DNA from: Selaginella moellendorffii
Lineage: Eukaryota > Plantae > Lycopodiophyta
DNA: 64,000 nt
Assembly: GCF_000143415.4 (NCBI RefSeq)
Contig: NW_003314263.1
Coordinates: 3,164,041-3,228,040 of the forward strand
Direction: 5' to 3'
Shown here: piece by piece, positions 56,783-64,000 of the stretch
Layout of the letters: the number at the start of each line of letters is the position of its first letter
Position numbering within the stretch: position 1 is the first letter of the stretch
Notes under the pieces: model-generated
Databases searched by the model: none
What the model saw: the letters and a program-made list of their open reading frames with translations, nothing else
Told to the model about the DNA's origin: nothing
Position numbers and translations under genes: made by a program

Positions 56783-57933
56783 TGTCGCGCATGTGACTTC
56801 GGGTATCGAAAGTTACCTGTCGGCTAGTCCTTACGGACACTCTTACCTTACTGCCACGATGGCAGGAGGTCGGTATTGCTGGACCCGTTATCAGTTTCCG
56901 CCTAAGCTAGTTGAGAAACTGGTCATCACATGTGCACTTAGACCGGAAGGGCACTAAGGAAGGAAATCCTAAGTTGTCATTTAGTCAAGCAGACTTGACA
57001 CGGTGATGAGAAACTCATGATGTTGGCTTGCACTTGCTAGTGTTAGGAACCCCCGCGATATTGAGATTGGTCCCTCAATATTCGCTAGATGATAGCTTAC
57101 CGTGTCTGCCAAACACCCTCGCTATCATGCCCTTTGTGTTAGTCTCATTTCGGTCCCAAATGCTATTTATGGAAAGTGTCCAGATTTGCTCATTTGGCAC
57201 ATCTATGGAATGTAGAGATCGGCCTGAACACAATGGTGTTCGTCCCATGTCCAAATTTGCAATCTAAGGACATTCCATATTTAGTAAGTTTCAAGCTTGT
57301 CCCAGAGACTAACTCCTGATACTAAGGGAGGCTTGGGGTGAAAGCCCAAAGCGTGTGTTCCTCAAGGGGGGGGGGGCTGTGGGGGGTTCCAAATGTATAG
57401 TAGGGATAGTGGGTAGGTCGGGCATGGCCGACCAACCTGAGGCATAGTCTAGCTCCCGCTTGCGTGCCTGTCCTTATTCTGCGTCCGGCTTGGGTCTAAG
57501 CCCAAGTTCCATTCCATGCTAGTTGGTGGAGTACCCATATCCTCACGTTAGGCCACCGGTATGCCGAAATAGCGCCAGACTCCGTTTGGCTCCGTTTTGC
57601 GTGCTGGTCCTGGCATTGGTATGCTGGTTGCTCCAGGACTGTTCCAAGTCGCTCCGGGCTCCTGTCCCTTCGCTCCTTGGGCTATATACTCGGGAGTTGC
57701 TCCGTGGTCCGGTTCCATCACTCCTTGGCATCACGCTTGGGAGTTTGGCACCGTTCCTTCGTTCAGTGGCCCAAGGCCCTGAACCTCGGGTTCCTGTGGA
57801 CACGTGGCATGGACACGTGGCATGTGACACGTGGCATCTGTCACGTGGCACAAAGAGGGTTTAGGTTCCGCTTCGTGGTGTTATCCTATGGTAAATCACC
57901 ATAGGATAAAGGGTCAAAACCACGTGCGCCACA
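56783..57933 (+). mobile_element. Family A solo LTR
   Basis: TGTCGCGCATGTG...CACGTGCGCCACA imperfect terminal inverted repeat; TSD GCGCT. The empty site is visible in the paralog at ~52885-52900. Confidence 0.92.
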
Positions 57934-60326
57934 GCGCTCAAACATGTTGTTACTAGCGACTGGGATGCCATGGAGAGTCAAAACCATGGGATTGTCTATG
58001 CTAGATTATATGGCAATTGGAAAGCTTGCGAAAGGAGAGGCTTTAGCAAGCTAAGGGACAAAGTTCCTTCAAAAGGTTCCCAAAGACAATTCTAGATAGC
58101 TAGATACCTAAAAAGCCAAAGTGTAAATGGTTCATAGAACGCGCAAAATCAGAGTGGCGCAGCAGAAGCGTGGTCTTGAAGCTTGCCATAAGGCGAGGCT
58201 ATCAAGGTTGGGGAAATAGTTCCCAAGGGTTCAAAGAGAGGGCTTTGAACAAAAGTTGATGGTTAAGGACTTTCACGCTTATGCATGAACCATGTTACGG
58301 TGGCCGGATGACTTGCTAAGTGAAATTGGCAAGTCGAGGGAACAAATACCCTAGTTGAAGGTGCTAACTTCAAAAGGGGTGGCCCATGAGGCCAAGCATG
58401 GAGGAGTCCATGCATGATCACAAACTTGTCAAGTGAGAGGGCTTGGCAGTGCGGAGGAACTAAGTTTCTAAGCTGTGATCTGTAGCGCACTTTAAGAATA
58501 ATTTGGTGCACCGGTGTGGGGAGTCGCACTAGGCATCTTGTGTGATGCCGTCCGTAGATGCATATACAGAGGTTGGGTTTGAGTCCCGACCCTCTAGTGC
58601 TTGGGTTCGAGTCCTAACTCACTAGGGTGTGGTGATGGTTTGGAATATGAGGACACTCATATTTTGGTGGTCATGAACTCTCAGTGGGGAGACTGGTTTG
58701 GGCACACCGCCAAACGAGGGATGCCTCAGAGTCGTGATGCATGGTTAGATTGCTTAGTGTGAAAGCTTGGCATATCTAACTTGAACATTTTGGTGCTAAG
58801 GGCACCAAGGACGAAGTGAATGAGATGGGGACACCCGGTCTCAGTTGCTATGGACCCTTGGCCAGAAGGGCTGGCTTGGGCGCACCGTCGAGTGTGGGGG
58901 ATGCCCCCGGGGTCATAGGTGACAACTTAAAGGTCTAGGAGACCTAGTACCTATTGGCAAACCTATTAAGGTGCCGAGGTTAGATCACTAGGTGATCTTA
59001 TGGCTAAAACAAGGACAAGGTCCTTGTGAGGTTAAAGGATAAAGTTCCAAGTTCAAAGTGTCGATTGGAACTATTGATGATGGTGTGGTTTGGTCAAGGT
59101 GACCAAGTGGGAAAAACACCTACGGGAAATGAGCTATGTCAATGCGATGGCATAGTAAGTCCGAGGAAAGCAGTCTCTATAAAAAACCCATGGGAGGGTC
59201 ACAAAGTTGGGCTGTGGATAGACCCTATAGTAGAAGATGCTAAAGAGACGTACTAGGGGTGAACACCCTCTGGACTTGGCAAAGGAGAGTCTTTGCTATG
59301 GAACCGAAAGGATACCTCGAAAATGGAGGTAGCGATCCTATGTTGCTGGGTGCAACAATCAAGGATAGGAGCAAAAGACTGTGGCTAAGTAAAGAGCCAT
59401 GGGAATCATGGGAAAGAATCCAAATGGCAAAGTTAGGACAAAAACAGAAAGGTGTTGAGGGCTAACAGATTGTGGGAAAGGCAATGTGTTCCCAAGGAGG
59501 GATTCTTAATTGCTCCGATTTGGGGAAAGCGGAAGCTCCAAGGGTGGGAGCGGTAAGGTAGCCAAATGATAGGGCCGTGGACAGCCCTAGCACAAATTAT
59601 GATAACTGGAACTTAGTGCTAAAGGTGCCAAGAAATCAAAGAGAGGATGATGGTGCCCTCAAGTAGAGAACTTCCTAGGAGAAGAAGTGGAGTTGCACAA
59701 TATGTGCAATGCAAGGTGTCGAAAACACCTAGGAAACTTACTTTGAGAAGTCAGAATTAAAAAGTTCCAAAGTGCAAAGGGTTATATCGATGGAAATTGG
59801 GACTACTTGAGAATGAGTAGTGGGATTGAGTTAGGGAAGGTGTCTCTAATAGGTTTAGCAAGAACTAAACTAATAAAAGGAGAGAACCACCACAAGTGGT
59901 TGAATGAGTCTCTAAGTTGGAGAGACAATGCGCCTTAGAGGGTGAACAAGGCATGGTGAGCCTTCGGTGTCAAACCATTATCGAAAATTGGCGAGGTGCC
60001 AAAAGTGGAAAGGGTAATACATGTTGGTATTACTTTATGAAATAGTCTGTCGTTCGATGAGGACATCGAACTTCGTCTATGGGTGGTGGAGTTGTGAGAC
60101 ATAAAATCCCTAGGCCCCAAAGTGGAGCCGAAAGGGCGCCACGTGGTAGTGGCTAAAACAAAAGCCAAATGAGCGTAACACGTTTGGACTAAAAGCTCCG
60201 ACTTGAAAAGGTCGAGAGTGGGAGTGGAACTCCCTACGAAGTGCTCGAGGAACAAGCACGAAGCGAGAGATAAGTGAGTCTCTAGAAAAGGGACACAAGA
60301 GGACCGACATATGACATGTGGAAGTG

Positions 60327-60770
60327 TCCGAGATGGAGTCCGAGATGGAGTTCGAGATGAATCCGAGACGGAGTCCGAGATGGACCCGAGATGGAGTCCG
60401 AGATGGACCCGAGATGGAGTCCGAGATGGAGTCCAAGGTGGACCCGAGATGGACCCGAGATGGAGTCCGAGATGGAGTCCGAGGTGGACCCGAGATGGAC
60501 CCGAGATGGACCCGAGATGGAGTTCGAGATGGAGTCCGAGATGGAGTCCGAGATGGAGTCTGAGATGGACCCAAGATGGAGTTCGAGAAGGACCCGAGAT
60601 GGAGTCCGAAGTCGAGACTGAGACCAAGACCGAGACCGAGAACGAGACTAGGACCGAGACCGAGACCAAGGCAGAGGCAGAGATTGAGACCAAGGCCGAG
60701 GCAGAGACCGAGCCCGAGCCCGAGTCCCAGTTCGAGTTCGAGTCCGAATCTGAGTCCGAGTTCAAGTCTG
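60327..60770 (+). repeat. Family B LTR minisatellite
   Basis: Tandem 11/12-mers followed by hexamers. Confidence 0.9.
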
Positions 60771-62559
60771 AGAAGGTGAAAGCCCAAAGCATTTGTCTCC
60801 CAGACCTTGGGGGGTTTGGTGACCTCCAAAAGTATAGTGAGGGGGAGGACTGCAGTGGAGCCAGTTTGGCCAGGAAAGGCCAGTTTGGCCCAGGAAGGCT
60901 ATACCCAGTGTTGGGTGATGAGCTGCCCACTGGGAAGTCCAAGACTAGAATGAACACAGACTGACAAGCGGGGTAGCTTGGTGAAGTGTTCAAGAGACGG
61001 CTCTAGTTCCCCTGGGAGATCGACTGGCCAATGCTCCCAGTCCAAGTGTGGGTGGCACTACCTACTTGGATACCAGGCGTGGCTCAATGGAACCTCGCTC
61101 TAAGCCCATGGCTAGAGCACCTAAAGGCGAAAGGTGGGGAGAGTACCCATGAGGCTTGCGTAAGGCCACAGTGTTCCGAAACGTTGTCCCAAAGTCCCAA
61201 ACGGTGAAAGGGAAGAGGAGCAGTCCTCTAATGCAGTGACCAAGGATACGGTCACATGGTGAGGAAGTCCCAAAGGATAGTGGGACTTAGAGGTCAGGCC
61301 TGCGGGCCTTGATCTAGTGGCAGTGTTGGCGAACATGGCCATGGACAAAAAGGGACTTAGTGGGGACTGGAAAAGAGTTGTCGGAGAAGGCCATTTCCCA
61401 TATCTACAGGCATCCTAAGGATGCTAAGGAGTAGATCTGGGATGATCACTCACGGACGGATGGCCCAATCTTTGAGGGATGGGACTATGATGCAGGTGGC
61501 ATTAGACCACCAGTGTGACCAAGGTGAATGGGCATGGCCTTAGCGTAATGGGCCGATATGTTGGTGGTACCTTGGGGTGCCGGTCATGGGATCGGACACG
61601 TGGAGCACTTGGACCAAGTGCAAAGGTGGAGTGGCATGGATGCCATTCTCGGGGCTAGCGAGCCCCAAGTCCTAACTGGGACTTATGGAGGTTGTGAATG
61701 AGACTCCTCCAAGTGGTTGGAGGTGCGGTAAGTGACTAAAGTAAAATGGAAAAATTAATCGCTTACACAGCCATTCGATCTCCCGGGGGAACTAGAGCCG
61801 GCTCTTGAACACTTCACCAAGCTACCCCACTTGTCAGTCCGTATTCACTCTAGCCTTGGACTTCCCAATAGTTATTCTATCACCCAACACCTAGGCACAG
61901 CTTTCCTAGGCCAAACTGGCTCCACTGGAGTCCTCCCCCTATTATACTTTTGGAGCTCACCAAACCCCCTCAGGGTCTAGGAGACGAACGCTTTGGGCTT
62001 TCACCCTTAGGCTCGGACTTGGACTCGGACTCAGACTCGGACTCGGACTCAAACTCGGACTCGGACTCAAGCTCGGTCTTGGCCTCGGCCTCGGCCTTGG
62101 TCTCAGTCTCAGTCCCAATCTCAGTCTTGGTCTTGGTCTCTGTCTCAACCTCGGACTCCATCTCGGGTCCTTCTCGGACTCCATCTCGAATTCCATCTCG
62201 GGTCCATTTTGAACTCCATCTCGAACTCCATCTTGGACTCCACCACGTGTCATGTGATGGTCCTCTTGTGTCCCTTTTCTAGAGACTCTCTTATTGCTCG
62301 CTTTATGCTCGTTCCTTGAGCACTACGACGGGAGTTCCACTCTTACTCTCGACTCTTCAAGTTAGAGCTTTTATTCCAAATGCATTACACTTGTTTGGCT
62401 TTCGCTTTGGCCACTACCACGTGGCACCCTTTTGGCTCCACTTTGGGGATTAGGGATTTGTGTCTCACAGACAACTCACTAAAGGAACCAAAACAGCATT
62501 TTTGTGCTTACTCTCAGAGAGGAGTGACAAAAAGACGGGAACAAAAGAAGTCTTTTAGT

Positions 62560-64000
62560 GATTCAGTGGTTGTTGGACCAATTCCAAGATACCATGCCGG
62601 AGGAGCTACCGTCGAGGTTACCCCCCGAACAACCGATAGAACACAAGATCGAGCTAGTAGAAGGTGCTAAGGCGGTGGTTTGTACACCCTATCGGTTGAA
62701 CAAAAAGGAATTCAAGGAGCTCAAACGCGTATGTTAGGTTGAGCAAGTCACCATATGGTGCACCAGTGTTATTTGTGAAAAAGAAAGATGGATCTATACA
62801 CATGTGCATAGACTACCGATTGCTCAATAAGTATACAAAGAAGAACAAGTACCCTTTACCAAGGATTGAGGACTTATTCAATAAGTTGAGAAAGGCAAAT
62901 ACTTCTCAAGGATTGACCTAAGGTCAGAATACTACCAGATCAGGGTAGCAGAGGAAGATGTCGAGAAGATAACCTGTTGGACAAAGTATGGAAGCTTCAC
63001 GTTTCTAGTGATGCTCTTTGAGCTATGCAATGCACCAGCAACATTCTCAGCGTTGATAACCTATATTTTTGTACCATATCTGGATCATTTCGTGGTTGTC
63101 TATATTGACGACATCTTGATCTATAGCAAGACCCTAGAAGAGCATGCTGAACACTTGACGAAGGTGTTTGAGAAACTAAGGGAACACCAGCTGTATACTA
63201 AAGAGAGCAAATGTGACTTTGCTTAACAAGAAGTAAAGTTTCTCAGGCATGTGGTGAGCAAAGACGGGCTTAAGGTGGACCCTGAGAAGGTCCAAGCGAT
63301 CCAGAATTGGGAACGACCATCAAATGTACACAAGTTAAGGGCATTCTTGGGGCTATGCAATTACTACCAAAAGTTTATCAAACACTATTCGAGAGTAGCT
63401 CTACCTTTAACGGACCAAAAGAGAAAAGGGAAGATGGTATGGATGGTGGAATATGAGGCGGCATTTGTCCATTTCAAAGGGAAATTGAGTAAGGCTCCCG
63501 TGTTGGCATTACCAGAATTTGGTAAGGACTTTGAGGTAAAAACGGATGCTTCAGACTTTGCGTTGGGCATAATGTTGAAGCAAAACAACCATCCAGTAGC
63601 GTTCTTCTCGAAGAAGTTGGATAAGGCTCAGCGAAAGTGGCCTACCCACAAGAAGGAATTCTTTGCGAGTGGTCAAGGCACTCAAGGAGTGGCGATACTA
63701 CCTTAGGAGACACTTCAAAGTTTACATAGACAATGTGGCAATGAAACATTTCTTGTCACAGACCGACCTGAGGGGGAAACAGGGTCGATGGGCCAATGCT
63801 TTGGCCGAGTTTGATTGCGAGATTCTGTACAAGCTTGGGAAGAGCAACATCATGGCAGATGCTCTAAGTCGAAAAGTGAGTTTGAAGTTGGCAATATCTA
63901 GCATAATAGCAACCTTTTGGGATGATGTGCGGACAGTATATGAGAACGATGGTCTAGCACAAGAAGTGTTACTGAGGAACCTAGAGGCGTAAGAAGCTCA
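62560..64000 (+). pseudogene. Decayed Ty3/gypsy pol (RT-RNase H), runs off the right edge
   Basis: [82 protein letters not shown], broken by stops and frameshifts. Confidence 0.9.

Larger units (their letters stand above)
55537..61767 (+). mobile_element. Family B element inserted in opposite orientation into another B LTR; internally deleted
   Basis: TSD CAGCC (55532-55536 / 61768-61772). The 5' LTR is truncated at ~56466 and joined to internal sequence. PPT GGGTGGTGGAGT precedes the 3' LTR 60093-61767. Confidence 0.88.
49114..62469 (-). mobile_element. Family B non-autonomous LTR element (LARD-like) with its 5' LTR split by a second B element
   Basis: 3' LTR 49114-50819 next to a PPT. Interior 50820-54793 has no pol ORF. 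PBS TGGTATCGGAGC on minus at ~54779-54790. 5' LTR = 54794-55536 + 61768-62469. Outer flanks ATAAC and GACAA do not match. Confidence 0.8.

Noticed and set aside
41849-62282. Many long low-complexity ORFs (MESEMDPRW, SRTPSRVHLG, SDSISGP)
   Set aside because: They are translations of the stop-poor LTR minisatellite in all frames on both strands; no evidence of coding.

Overview
Eukaryotic plant nuclear DNA. The very short (~45-65 bp) GT-AG introns, dense genes and gene content suggest a compact lycophyte genome such as Selaginella (inference). 1-5.6 kb is a scrambled accessory patch: an IMPACT pseudo-fragment, a Crinkler/RHS-type NTPase fragment, a divergent Dof-like zinc-finger ORF, a TEBICHI/Pol-theta helicase pseudogene and an ATG-less F-box. 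5.6-33 kb is gene-dense: an intact 6-exon IMPACT/YigZ gene that the ORF track only shows in pieces, an ECA-type Ca2+-ATPase, two tandem class III peroxidases, an ABC1K9-like kinase and BIG/UBR4. 33-37 kb holds a rearranged TEBICHI fragment and an NB-ARC-LRR gene with an apparently duplicated N-terminal helical domain. 38-64 kb is a nested LTR-retroelement stack, resolved here by termini, PBS/PPT and target-site duplications (TSDs). It contains two complete Cassandra-like TRIMs with 5S-rRNA Pol III promoter sequence in their LTRs, two non-autonomous LTR families (A, ~1.1 kb LTR; B, ~1.7-1.8 kb LTR with a minisatellite) nested in each other, and a decayed Ty3/gypsy pol. The best leads are the Cassandra-like TRIMs, a co-varying hairpin upstream of the PPT shared by three LTR families, an in-frame IMPACT-stop-F-box arrangement, the double-CC NLR, the Dof-like orphan and a telomere-repeat repair scar.
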